A stretch of 64,000 bases of DNA from Hyphochytrium catenoides (GCA_900088475.1 FLMG01001010.1:186001-250000), one strand, 5' to 3'; counted from the first letter of the stretch, positions 11,465 to 25,400 are shown. A program made the numbers and translations. The notes: a model not told the origin generated them from the sequence alone.

Positions 11465-14400
11465 ATGGTGGTTGAGAAAGCAGTCGTATCTCCTCGCACA
11501 CGGAAAGAATCAACCACGGGAAGACAACTTAAATCGGAAAAGGTGAAGGACGCATTGAAGTCACCTGAGTATGTCGCCTCTCCTGAGGAAGAAGCGGGAG
11601 AGAAGGCAGGAGCACTACCATCCTCTCGTTCCCAGAGAGGGGCTGTGAAGGCTGAGAAGGGGAAGAACAGAGCCTTGCCTCTAGAAGAGACAGCTCTCCC
11701 GGAAGCTGAGGCTGATGTCCTGACAGCGGACAACGCAGAAAGTGAGGCAGATGGAGGGAGCTCAAGTGTTCGAGTCTGGTGCCGGTTCAGGCCTAGGAAC
11801 AAGATGGAGCTAGCCCAGCAGGGAGGAGACTGGTATTCCGCTTTGCGCTTTTACCTTATTCATTTCCATTTCTTTCATATTCCCACTTTCCCTGTCCTCT
11901 TGCACCTTGACGAGAGAAATGTTGTCTTAACTCTTTAGCTCAAACTCCTTCCTCTTAGTGATGTCCTCTCTTTCTAGTTTGGCTCCACAACTGCATCGAT
12001 GACGAAGATGATTGCTCAATGTTTCTGTCTCTCTTCCAAGTGTGCAGTTCCCGGATGACAAGACCGTCAAGTTCCAGTTGGAAGGGGAGAAGCACGAGTA
12101 AGGTTTTCCCTTGGCCCCTAAGGATTGCAATAGAAAGTCATCCACCGTCCCTCTTCAAATCCAATGTGCTTCACTACCTTCTTTCTGCGCTCACTACTCT
12201 TGTCCGTGCCGTATCTCCTGTCCCTGGATTGACACTCTCTCTTTCCTCCAAGGTTTCTCTTTGATCAGGTGTTCACGGAAGGCTCGGCTCAGAGGGAAAT
12301 ATATGAGGCAACAGCGAAGCCGCTGGTGCTGGACGCGCTGAATGGGTTCAACTGGCAAGTATTTTAGACCAGACGCCTTACTTCTGCTGGACTGCCTGTG
12401 TTGCTCTCTCTCTCTCTTTCTCCCTTTGTTCATTTTGGCTTCTCCACCTCTTCCCTCCTCTCCCTCATTTTTCCCATCTCCTCGTCCGTCTATCGTTAGT
12501 CTCGCTCTATTCCCTATGAAGACCATGAACATCTACCCTTTAGATATCATTCCATAACGTCTCGGTTTTGCCCTTGTCCCCACCTGTCTCTCTCACTCTG
12601 TCTCTGCCCTATGGTTGCTTACCTGTTGTCCACTGCAGCACTGTCTTCACGTATGGGCAGACGGGATCCGGCAAGACCCACACGATGATGGGCTCAGGAG
12701 ATGGAGCCAACGTGGAAGATGAAAATGTCCGTGCCAAAGAGAGACCAGCGCCGTCCATATCAAACGTTTCTCGTGCTCATCTGTCGTCTTTATCCTCAAT
12801 ACGGTCTATATCTCTCCTCATGCAACAAACTGTCAGAGCCTCTTACTCTTCACTGCTAAGCCCGTCGTGCTGTTCTATTGTTCTCTAACTCTCCCTCTAT
12901 GTTCTTTCTCCCTCTCTGTCTCTTTCTTCAGCGCGGGGTCATTCCACGAGTTTGTCAGGAGATATTTGCCGCTGTAGAGGACGCAGAGGATGACCTTGAG
13001 TTCACAATAAAGGTAGGCCCTTCGATGGCCGGGCGGAGAGAAATGGGAGAGGACGGAGTTATCCCATGACGGCCAAGGGACCGTTTTTTTTTCGTCCTCA
13101 GGGAGAGAGAAGAGCAATCAGCACATAGAGAAACGGAGTCAAGTATGAAGACAAAGGGGAGACGTCCGTCGAGCGGAGGAAAATAAGCAGCGCTATCATT
13201 ATTGTCCTTGACAATGGACAGATTATATCTGGGGGAAGGGCAATAGACTAGGAGAGCGAGTAGACCGCGAGAAGTAGTTCAGTAAGGCCAGCAACATTCA
13301 CACTGAAGTCTTCGTGCAGCTTGGCTACATTGAGATTTACCTGGAGAAGGTTCGAGACCTTTTCAACCCTGTGGCCAAGGATCTCAAGGTCAGGGAAGAT
13401 CCTAACAAAGGAGTCTACGTGGAAGGTATGGGATGGAAGAAGCTTGTTTCCCACTTCTTCTCTCTAGTCAAGTGCTTCTTTCCTGTTTCCCTCGCACTCT
13501 CGTGTGGCCGCTTAGCGTTTGCTCTTCAGTTCTGACTCTCAGTGGCTTTTGATTGTTAAGTTTGGGCTCACCTAGCGTCGAAGGCCGAACAGTTTTATCT
13601 TCTGCTTTTGTCAACGTGCAATCCTTTATGTTTCTGCTCTTTCTTCTACCTTTAAAAACAGTCACTCTCCGTCTTTAGGTATGACAGAGATGTACGTGGC
13701 TAGTCCAGCAGAGATGATCGACTTGATGAAGAAAGGAACAGCGAATCGTGCTATCGGCTGTACCAAAATGAATGCGGACAGCAGTCGGTCACACAGTGTT
13801 TGCAGTATAACGATAGAGAAGAGAAGCAGGAGGACCGAGAGAAAGAGTATTGGCCATATCTACCTTGTAGATTTAGCAGGTTCTGAGACCGTCAAGAAGA
13901 CTGGCGCTTCAGGACAGACTCTGGAGGAAGGTAAGACGGACTTCCTCGCTCATTCGGTGCTCACATCCTGTATCATGTCTCTCTGCCTCTCGTGCCGTTA
14001 TCCTTTCTCTCTGTCCTCCGAACCGTCAAAACATAGTTGGATTCTATCGTCTGATCCACTTCTCATCGTCCTCTTGTCCTACAGCAAAGATGATCAACAA
14101 GTCGCTGTCGGCGTTGGGAAATGTGATCAAGGGCTTGGTGGATGGCAAGGGACACATCCCCTACAGAGATTCCAAGCTTACCAGAGTTTTGCAGGTGGGA
14201 TGGAGGTCCCAGATGGCGTCTGAGAGAGCAATAGACCGAGATAAGTTACCTAGACAGAGAGAGGGGAAACCGAGGGGGAAGGGAGAGAGAGAGGGAGAGA
14301 GAGAATAGAGCGAATAGGAGGTGCCGATCTGTACGAGACTTTTGGCGAGAAGATGGAGGAGAGGCATCACTGCTGGCCTGACTTTGATGTGCCTGCAGGA

Positions 14401-17194
14401 TTCTCTCGGTGGTAACTCAAAGACTAGCATCATCATCACCTGCTCTTCAAACACCTTCAACGGGCAGGAAACTCTCTCGACTCTCAGGTATAAGAAAGAA
14501 AGAATAGAGCAAATGGAGAGAGGGAAAGACAGAGACAGACACAGACACAGAGAGAGAGAAAAGAAGAAGAGCTTGGAAAAACACGAAGACAGTTTTAGTC
14601 ATCTCGTTGCTCTCCCCTTCTTATCAACGGATCTACCTCCCTTGCTCCTTCCTGTCAAGCATCCCATCCTCGTATTGACGCTCGCCTCACCCGTTCGTGG
14701 ATCTATGTGAGAGTGACTTCCGGCTTCTGACTTCCTCTTGGGCCCATTCCTCTCCTTGTTCTCTCTCCTTCTTTTAGATTTGGCAGTCGCGCGAAGAAGA
14801 TCAAGAACAAGCCAAAGATTAATCAGGAGAAGAGCGCCGCAGAGCTAAAAATACTGCTGGCTGAGGCCACAGACCAGCTGAAGGCCAAGGATCTCGTGAT
14901 AGAGAGTCTTAGGGCTGAATGTTTACGTCTCCAGCAGGGTCACGGGACCCTATCTCTCTCCCTTCTGCCTCTCTCCCCTCCACCACCTCCACCGCCAACT
15001 CCTGTCAGCCAAACTGAGGCCCCTAAGATTGATGGAGACCAGTGCTTGAATGGTAGGACGGCTCTGTTTGTCCCTTGTCCCTGTCTTCCATCCCTATGAT
15101 GTCGTCCTATCACTGAGACAAGGCTACCTCATATCCCTTCCTTCCAGTCTCCTCCGTTTCTCTCTCTTGCTCTTTGTGTCTTTTCCTAAACTCTTTCCCG
15201 TCTCTCGCTTGCCCTGTCGTCCTCAGCTATATCCTCTAAGGAAGAACCAGCGCAGCCCGAGGAGGAGGAGAGAGAGTTAGACGGGATTGAGGATGGCAGA
15301 GGAGGAAGAAGAGAAGTGGAACTTGAGGCTCAGATTACTCGACAAGAGGGAGAGCTAGCGGTGCTACGGCAATCTAGGGAGCAGCTGGAAGCTTCCCTCA
15401 GCGCACAGAGTCAACACCTTGCGTCCCTCTCTTCTTTGACTGCAGAGCTCCAGGAAAAGCTGGAGGAAGTCAGAAGAGAGAACAGGAACAAGCAAGAGAG
15501 TTACGAAGCGGCAGAAGAGAGGTAAGAAGAAGTAGAGGAAAAGGATGAGTGCTTATCAAGACGATAGAGCTTTTGTGAAAGGAAGAAGAGTGTGCGGGTT
15601 GAGAGGCAAAAAATGGCCGAATTCTCCTTGTCTGATCCTTTCACGACCCATCTCTCTTATCTTCCACTCGCACTGTCTACTCGCTTCAGGTCTAATCGAT
15701 GGAATGAGCTCAAGGAGGCGGCGGAGTCATCTCGCTCTCTTCTTCTGCAGCAAAATCTTGAGCTTCAGATGCAGTATGAGGCCACAGAGAGAGAAAGAGA
15801 GAGACTTGAGAAAGAGAAAGAGTCAATAGTGAGAGAAAAGCTCCAGATGGAGAGGGAGAGGGAGAGAATGCAGCGTGAGACCGAGAAGATGGAGAGTGAG
15901 AAACAAAAGAGAGAGAGAGAGCTTGCCGTCATCCAGGCATGGGTAGAGAAGCTAAAGTTCTCCTTAGACGTCGGCCACTTCAGCGATGACGAAAGTGAAG
16001 CTGAGGAAGAAGAAGGGGAAGACAACAATCAGAAGGAACCACTTTCTGCTGGGACAGGAGAGAGAGAGAGATGGCAAAAGGGAGAGATCAGAGAGGAAGA
16101 TAACAATCAGGAAACAAAGTCCTTAGAACCAGTAGCACCAACAGCTAGAAAGGAAGACACTGAGCCGAGAAAACAAAGCGAGACAGAGAAACAACAGGTG
16201 GAAGCGGAGAGAAAAGCGAGCTTGCGCACGGAGCTCGACCGCATTAGGAAAGCAATTATCGATGCCAAACTACAGGCTCATCAGCTGGAGAAGGTCTCCC
16301 TTTTTTTTTATCTATGTTTCTTTTCTCCGTGCTTTTGCTCTTCTCTTCCGCGTATTCTTTCTCTTTCTAAACCCTCTCTCTTACTATCTCACTCTTTCTT
16401 TCTCTCTCTCTCGCCCATCATTGCTGTCCTCTGCTGCATGAATGTTCAGGGTTCACCTATTCATCTTTCTCTTCACTTTTCCTTTAAATCTCATTGTCAA
16501 GTTCAAGCCTCATCATTCTCTCTCTCATTCCCCTCGTTCTCTTTCCCGCTTCTAGGAGAGAAAGTCGTCAATGGTGCTTGAAGCTACTCTCCCCATATCA
16601 CTGCGAGCCAAATTGCTGGATCCTACCGGCTCTCGCCTTGTTAACAGTCCAGAGAAGAGAGGCAGTGTCAATTGTGATAAGGAAAAGAAAGAGAGAGAGA
16701 TGAAAGAGAAAGAGGCCCATCTCTCAACGAAGTTGCAACGCCTTGAGGCTCAGTTGGCGGAGGCAAGGACTGAAGCTGCTAACTACAAGCGCCTCTGGAC
16801 ACATCTTCTCTCAACTTCACCTAGCCTCCAGCCCGGAGTAGGGAGGGAGAATTTTCAGGGAGGGAACGAAAAAAGAAAGAACTCGGTCGCGGGGGCCAAA
16901 CTTAGAAGGAAGAGCTCTCTTCACATCCATGTAACGGAAGCTCTGCTCGATGCCTTCAGCCCTAGAACTAGGAAGAAGACAGAGGTCGGAGCAGGCAGAG
17001 ACGCCGGCGTCAGATCTCCAAGAACAGAAGAGCTTCGAGCGGCCGCTTGCACGGAAGAAGTGCAAAGTCCACTGGCTCGCGTCTTTCCCTTCCTGTTCAG
17101 CACTAAGCAGAAGATAGTTAAGGTGGTTCGAGGGGGAAGAGGAAGCAAGACGGACTTGACTCCTCTCAGAAGTCCTTCTGAGGTGGCAGAGTAA
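11465..17194 (+). CDS. Kinesin heavy chain (kinesin-1-like) with N-terminal extension, motor domain, coiled-coil stalk and tail
   Basis: Spliced motifs [29 protein letters not shown] (P-loop), [65 protein letters not shown] and [17 protein letters not shown]. Tail motif KIVKVVRGG. Stop at 17194. Confidence 0.93.
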
Positions 17195-18763
17195 TCTCCT
17201 CCTGGCAGGAAACAGCAAACGCAGCGGGGAGAGGGAAATTTGAAGAGAGAGAGACAAAGCGAGAGAGAACGTCCAAGGCGTACATTCCGATGGTTATTAA
17301 TCAACATATCTAATAGATCTTGTCGACACTGGTACAGCTAACGAAGGAGCGGGCTTTCGAATATGCTTCCGACACTTCTCTCCTCGCCCCTCCCGTTCTC
17401 TCTCTCTCTCTCTCTTCTTCCTCCCCCACAGCGCTCCTTACAGTTAGAGAGGCATGTCTTTCCCCGTCAAACGACGAAAGACGACACCTTGGCTCGGACC
17501 GACTCAAGGGACGGATTGAGTGTAAGTCTAAAGCTTCTTTTCTTGCTCGCAATAGCTTAGTTGAGATGGAGGTGGAAGACAAGATACTCTACCGGATCGG
17601 AAGGACCAGTCTCTTTCTAGGCACATAGGCCGATTAAGAAAGAAAGCTGGACAGTATTTAGCTCTCTATCTACCTCGGCTTGGCTACTCCGGTCTGCCTG
17701 CATGATCCCCTACCATCTTGCACTCTTATAATATTTGCCCCACTCTCTGTACGTTGAGGGCCACCACCTCGAGAAGTCAAGCATCGCCTTTCATGTAGGG
17801 AAGACACGTATGTATGGTCTCTCTTGCTCCCAGAGCTCATTCCACGGAACGTGAGGGACTTCACAAACAGCAGACCAGGATTGATCTAGTCTTTTAGCTC
17901 TAGAATCTGCTGCAAAGCCTTCCTAAAATATCTAAGATAACTACCCATCCGTATCCGCCTCAGTAGAAGTTCCGCGGTTAGCGCATTCTTGTCTCGTCCC
18001 TGAGTTTCTGACGATGTTTACGGCATGTCGAAGACTCTCAAGCAGCTCCTTATAAAATCTACGCCTTCTATCAGCTTCAGACATCCTACTTCGTCCGCAG
18101 AGCTCATAGGATAAGGAACGTCAAGACGTGCATCATTGTAAGGCTAGAAGAACGAACTGATGGTCCTTGCTCATCCTCTTCTCCCCAATTAGAGCTCTCC
18201 TTCGTGTGCCGAAGAGCGACGATCACCACGGTCAACTTGGTAGGAAGTACAGTGGGCTAGTACTTCCCTCTCCCACGTATGTACAAGCACCAATCTTCCA
18301 TCGCAAGTGCAGATTATAGAGACGAGAGACTGCCGGAGCTTCACTTTTAGATCTCTTTTGCGGTCTTCACCCTCAGAATCATCAGAATCTACATTCTCTT
18401 TCATTGTCCCCTCCCAGCCGCTAACGGACGGATATGGATCTTTCCAGAAACATTGAAGCGTTGTGCGGACGAAGGTTTCCGTGCCATCGCCGCGTGGTGG
18501 CAGCGGCTGGGAGGCTGATGAATCAGAGGATCAGAGGCGATGGGACATGGTTGTTAGCTCGTCAGCGAGGTCTGAAGTGTGAGCTCATCTCCATAGGCGA
18601 CAGGGAAGGCTAGACGGTGAGATATAAGAAGCTGACAGGGTATCATCATACGTGCAGATTGACAAGTCCTCACCATTTGACCATTTGATAGACCAGTGAG
18701 GAACTTAAGCTGTGGGCATACTTATCGACTGTCTCAGAGGTGCACCATCAGCTGCCCTGCAGA

Positions 18764-21592
18764 ATGAAGGCATTTGTCAAGAAAGTGGCCTCGGTCGCTT
18801 TGCTGGCTGCAGCTTTTGTCCCTTCACATGCACTGGACTCTTCATTGGCGCAGGAATATCCGTCTGCAGTCTTCATTGAGACTTTTTCCAAGGGTAATTC
18901 CGTCTTTGACAATACAGCTGCGGGCAGATGGGTGAAGAGCAAGGACTCAAGATATAATGGGGATGCTGTCAGCGTGAAGAAGATCCCATTTGAGGATGAA
19001 GGCCAGGGAACCTATGAAGCCCTTGTGTTGGAAAACGCAGGTAGGATATCGTGGTTTCCTAGATGAATGGCTGGGGCATCAGGCCACCGCTAACAGGGTG
19101 TCGTCTCACACTTCTTTGCTCTCCTCTGCACACAGCCACGCACTATGGACTCTCAGGAACCTTCGATAAGCCACTGAGTGCGATTGATAAAGAGATCGTA
19201 GTGCAATATGAGGTCAAAGCTTCTCAATACTTAGACTGTGGCGGTGCGTATGTCAAGGTGCTGGGCAAGGAAGGCGCCAAATCATTGGACAAACTTAAGG
19301 ATTCCACCCCTTACGTCATTATGTTTGGACCGGACAAGTGTGGGTCTACGAACAAGGTACATGAGAGAGGATGTTAGCTGAGGTCTTCTCTTGCCTCTCT
19401 CTCCTCTTCCTCTCCACCCTTGCGCGTGTTCTCATCTTACCTATCCTGTGCCCCCAAGGTGCACTTTATCTTCAAGCACCAGAATCCTATCAGCAAGGAG
19501 TGGGAGGAGAAGCACCTCAAGGCTGGCCCTAGTGCTAAGCTGGACAAGGGAAAGACCCACCTCTACACCTTGGTAGTCCGGCCTGATCAGAGCTACGAGA
19601 TCTTTATTAACCAGAAGAGTGAACGGAGCGGTTCTCTACTTGAGGACTTCGATCCTCCTGTCAACCCTCCCAAGCAGATTGATGATCCCAGCGATAAGAA
19701 GCCTGAGGACTGGGTGGATGAGGCCCAGATTGAAGATCCAGATGCTAAGAAACCTGGTAAGTGCCCGTGTTCTGAGCTGTTCAGATAAGGCGAACCAAGA
19801 TCCCGAAATGGTGGGGAGGAAGACGGAACTGTAGCCGGAAGAAAAATGGCAATGTAGAGGACAAGGAAACAGGCAGAGGACGGTGCGAGAGTACATAAGA
19901 CAGTAGATTAAAGGGAGAAAGACCTTGAAAAGAGTATGGACAGATTCTCCTGGAGACCTAGTGGATTAGGAGCCATTAGAACAGGGGGAAGCAACTATTC
20001 CAGCTTCAGCAAAAGACTCAGAGTCATGCCTGCTTCTTGCAGATGACTGGGATGAAGATCAGCCGATGTATGTGCCTGATGAGGACGCCCAGAAGCCAGC
20101 TGGCTGGCTCGATAATGAGCCTCTTACTATTCCAGACCCTGCAGCGAACAAGCCAGACGACTGGGATGACGAGGTACGCTTGTGAAGTTCAGCAAACCTG
20201 ACCTTTTGGTGCTTTCGCTCTCAACGGTCCGCCTAAGGATCTGAGGGTGCTCTTCTCTCTCAACTTTCTCTGTTAAACTATTCCCTAGTAACTGATTGAA
20301 TCTCTTAAGGACGACGGAGAATGGGAGGCTCCCGAAGTCCCCAACCCGAAGTGTCAAGAGGCTCCTGGCTGTGGAAAGTGGCAACGACCAACCAAAAAGA
20401 ATCCTCTCTATAAGGGCAAATGGACACCACCGCTCATTGATAACCCAGCCTACAAGGTAAATGTAGTAGACCACAGAGAGAGAAGAGCCTTCTCCTCAAT
20501 CTAGAATATAATGGTCCTGCTTCTTTCTCCTGTCCTCCCCTCCTCCTGCTTCTTCCCTTAGCGGAAGGATCTCTTCTCTTGGGCTGCCATAGGCCTTCAT
20601 CGCAGTCTACTTTCCTTTAGCCAGTGAGCGGACTGACTCACATCCTGCCTTCCTAGGGAGAATGGTTCCCAAGGAAGATTGACAATCCCAACTTCTTTGA
20701 GGATCTTCATCCCTCGCGCTTCCCTGACATGCATGCGGTTGCCATCGAGGTAGGAACTATGCCTTACTTGTCCAGCCCTTACCCATGCTTAATCAATGCA
20801 GTTTAGTGCCTTGCCTCTATGTCTCTCCTTTTTCCAGGTTCTCAACCAATGACTCTTCGTTCTTGTCACCCGGGATAACACCTCTTTTCACATTTCTCTT
20901 CCAGGCTCTCCTTCTCTCTTAACAGCTTGTCCTCTTCCTGGTTCGTCTGGAAATCTGTTTGACTTGTCCCTAAATCCCTGGAGCTGGCATTTCTTGAAGG
21001 CTTAATTTGGGAATGATCATCATCTAAGCTTGTTTATCTGCCTACGTAGATCTGGACCATGACTGGTGGTCTTGAGTTCAGCAACTTCTTTGTTGGGAAT
21101 GAATTAGCAGAGGCCGAAAAGTTTGCAAAGACCACATGGGTGGAGAAAGTGGAGGCAGAGAGTAGAAGCAGTCCAGATTACCTTCGTAATCAGATACTGG
21201 CATTCAAGGACCGTCTGACCGGGCAAGAAGGCGCTTGGCCCTCTATGCAGCTTTTGGGAGCAGAGTTGGCCCTCTGGGCGGTAGACAATAAGTTCGCGGC
21301 AGCCTTTGCCACTGGCTTTATCTTGTTGGGCACTGTCCTGCTCATACTAACTCTGAGATCCACGGCTGGTCCTACCGTGCCAGAGGCTAGAGCACAGGCA
21401 GCGGAGGAGGAAGAAGCTGAAGTAGAAGAGGAGGAAGAAGAGAAAGAGGAGAAGGAGAAAGAAGGCGATGAAGATATGTCTGCGGCAACTGCTGAGGAAG
21501 TAGACAAAGAAGACGAGATAACAGCAGCAGAAGGAGAAGCTGAAGGAGAAGGACGATCCTTGCGCCGTCGAAGAGCAACAGCCAAGAAGTAG
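18764..21592 (+). CDS. CANX: Calnexin
   Basis: Signal peptide [18 protein letters not shown]; [27 protein letters not shown]; P-domain repeats ([27 protein letters not shown]); IEIWTM; a C-terminal TM and an acidic tail ending RRRRATAKK. Confidence 0.96.
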
Positions 21593-22482
21593 AGGAAAAC
21601 TGATAAAGTTGATGGCTAGGTTGGACACCGCACTGGATAGGGCCTTACTTTCACCTGACTCCCATCTGACTCTTTATCTGCCAATATCTGGCTAGGGTTT
21701 ATGCTAATAAATAGGTTTCTTGGTACAAGCGACATATGACCAACTGCACTTGAATGGTCTTTCTAGCGACCGCATGGCGCTTGCAGCGTAGCCACTTCTG
21801 TCATTGTGCATGCTGACTCTGGTGACAGCATTACTAGTCCTCGCGGGCTCCGTCTTCTGCCTTGCCACTTTCTCTATGTCTCTCTCTATGCGTCACTCTA
21901 TGCCTCTTAGCCCTTATGATTAGCACAGAGTTCATCGTCTCTATCTCCCCGCATACCCGCTGACATCGTGACCTAGCCGCCGCGGCTGGTTAGCCTCCCT
22001 CTGTCTCTCTCGCCTTACATGCTCAAGGTCGCTCAAAGATCGTCACAGACATCTTCGCCTTGCTCCTCCGCCCTCGGCAGCTTTCCATCCTCCTCCTCCT
22101 CCAATACGACAATCGTAGGAACTGACACAACGCGCAGCAGCTAGCGGGTACATATATTAGTGTATAAATGCTAATCTATATGCTGGGACCAAGGTTATAC
22201 GACAAGGAGTGGGTGGGAGGGTGGATCTGGAGCAAACAAACAGCATTGGAAGCTTTGGCCCTACTTTACAACTGAAGCAAGCTCGATCTCGCCCTTCGAC
22301 TCTTCGTCCTCCTCCCACCGCCGAGTCATCAACAGCAAGTAAGGCGACCAGCGCTGGGGTGAGCTCACAGCGGCACTGAGCAGGGACAGAGGAGCCCTAA
22401 GCTGGGCGAGCACTTGCACCTGGCAGAGCCAAGGAGGAGAGAAGGGAGGGAGGTGAAGCCCACATGCCAAGGTCCTTCCAAA

Positions 22483-25400
22483 ATGGCCGCACGGTCGACC
22501 TCTTCCACCTTGCTCTCTGCAGCCTCAAAGCTGGGCTCAGATCTCCTCGGTTTGAAACCAGTGGACCGCCCGGCTCTCTCTAGAGCGGAAGAGAAGCAAG
22601 CAGGTCAGTAAATGGTGAACTAAGAGTAGGCAGGGGCTAACACTGGTCTTCCATGGCAGATCAGCTGATGCAGCTCGTGGATGCTGCCACGGCGGAGTTC
22701 CTAGCCACAGAGGACTGGGCAACGATTCTTCAGATTGTGGACGGGCTTAACAGAGCTTTAAGTCTCCAAGTGTAAGAACTAACGGCGATGTATAATGACT
22801 ACTCAGTCTGCCAGTTGCCTCTCTCGCTCGTTGCCATGTCTGTTCATCACCGAAACCCGACTGGCATGTGCTCAATCCACTTGCTTTCGATATGCCGTAT
22901 CTACTATATCCGTCCTCTGTCATTGCTGCTCCTCTTCATCAGTTTCCCTTATCACTCTCGTTGTTCCCTATCCTACGGGCACAGGACAAAGCTTGTTGTC
23001 GACCATCTCACCAAGAAGCTCTCCAGTTCTCATCCTAAGCAAACCTTATGGGCTCTAGTCCTCGCTGAGGCCATAGTCAAGAACGGGGACTGGCTAGTGC
23101 GCAGAGAGGTTGCAAACAAGCGCTTCATGAGCCGAATTGCTAGACTATGTCAGGTGTACTTCGCGCCTCCATACTTCATCCCCAGCCTGCGGTACTCTCA
23201 GGGCCTCTCCCGTCTTAAATAATCGTTCTTGGCCCCTCTTCTGCCTGCATCTCTCCCCTAGTACATAATCTCCTCTCTCTGTCCTGCCTCGTCCCCGCTT
23301 CATATAAGAGTGCCTCTTCTCTCTAATTGTTTCCACCTTAAGTCATTCTGTCCCAATGCTCGCCATCTTTCCCGGGACTATATCCTCGCCTCTCGGGTCA
23401 ATACTTAGCGGATAGTCAGTGAGTAGGAGCCTTGACCACTAAAACCTATTCATCTCTTACCAGCCTGTATCATCCCGTACCGGTCCTCCAGATGGGAATG
23501 TGCGTCAGTACGCCCTAGACCTTGTGCAAAGCTGGGGCGAGGCATTCCTGCCCTACAAGGTCCTTACCATCGGCCACGACTTGCTTATGTCTTAGTCTAC
23601 TGCTCACCCTCCATTGTAGGCTTTTACGTTCTCAAGCTAAGCTCACCGGTTTCGGCTCGATCCCTATGTGTCCTCCTTTCTCTGCCCAGAGAGTGCGACC
23701 ACCATTCAAGTCGCAATCAGTTTGACATTCTTTCTTGGCTTTTCTCTGTTTAGGCCTATGTTCCGCTCTTCAGTGAAACTTATCATAAGCTGTGCTCAAA
23801 GGGCATTAAGTTCCCGAAGCAGTACGATGAGAGCAGAGTGCCCATCATTGACTATCCGCCGCCGGAGGACTTTCACGTATCGAAACCTGCAAGGGAACAT
23901 GGTGGTCCTGATAGTAGCGGTAAGCGTAGCAGAAGAAGGGTAGGCAGGCCCCTGTGATAGATGAAGACGCTTTGAGAGGAAAACACAGAAAAGAACACAG
24001 AACGCTCGCTATAGAGATGGAAAGATGAGCTAATTCAATGAAAGCCCCGACGCAAGAGAGCTTGAAATGCCTGGGAGAGGCAATTGAGGTTACCTCTTTT
24101 CGTCAAAATAGCGCTACGGGGAAGTAAGGCAGGGGTGCAAAAGGGACACTCTCGAAGCGGTGGTGGAAGAGGAGATTCCGGGACCTGGTGTAAGGAAGAC
24201 AAATGCACTGACTGTCCAGTGCTACGCAGCATCTAGCAGGATGGAGCAGCTGAGGACTAGAAAGAAGACCGACATAGAGGAGGCGGCTGACCTTGCCGAC
24301 ACGCTTGAGGAAATCTTGGATGCATACGAGAGGCGGGAGTTTCAAAATGAAGCGCTCCTCCAGGTACCATTATAGAGCGACCACAGAGAGAACTAGCATA
24401 AGAAAGGGGTTACAGCGGACAGCCCGATAGCAGGTGATAACACTAAGACGACAGCAAGGATTGGGGAGCCTGGGTGCTTGCACAATTTTCATGTTAGGTG
24501 AATCCTTACTGCTGCTCTGTTACTTTCTCCCTATGTACTATTTGCTCTCGCGAACGGCCCGGCCAAGGATGTTGCCATGCAATGTCGAGAGATGCGAAAT
24601 ATCTTACGAGAAGCTTTAGAGACAAGCTCCCTAGTCGAATCGCCTGTAAGAAGTGACCCATCTTCGTCTTCGTTGTATTGCGCTCGCATCTAGCTCACAC
24701 AGTTTGGCTTCTCCACTGTCGTGGCCCTTAACCTTTCTAGTTTAGTATGATGAGTCTCTCCTAATCACTCCCTCGTTGCCGCTTTCGCAAAAACTTGTCT
24801 ATGACGTTCTCTTGTTTCTGCGCAGTGACCTAATTGGTCTAACTAGGCAATTTCTTGCGTTCTCTTCGTGGTTTTCCGTCTATGGACTCATGTGTGGATG
24901 TTTCCCTGTGCAGGAGCTTTCGAAGGTTCTGAGCATCCACGAAAGGCTATCGGAAGGTCTCTCCCGTCTTGACAGTCCTCTTGACACACTCTCCACGCGG
25001 ACCGAGTTAAGCCATGCCCCATCAGTGCTGGACGATACCCAGACTGAACTGTCCGATCGCTCTGGCAGTAGTAACCCTTTCGACGAGTCGTCGTTAAGGG
25101 AGCCGCGAGGAACTGGACGCCAAGGCATGAAGTCGACCGCGAGGCGTGGGCGGATAGAGAAAGAGGAAGAAGTGTCTTCGACCACTGCCATTCGAGGGAC
25201 CGTTGTATTGGATTCGGAAGATCACCTGGTAGAGATGATCAGCCGTAACCCTTTCGAGACCCCAGCAGCTCTAGACTTCAGCCTTGGCGGAGCGAGTCAG
25301 TTGTCCGAACAGAACCACGAGCAGATAGAGATATCCAAAGATAATAACACCCAAAGGCGTGAAGCACAGAGAAGACGACCTACGGAGGCGACCAGCAGTA

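Noticed and set aside
17940-18520. Possible small minus-strand gene (MKENVDSDDSEGEDRKRDLK.., MSEADRRRRFYKELLESLRH..)
   Set aside because: I could not build a phase-consistent spliced model, and stops interrupt every join I tried. RNA-seq is needed.
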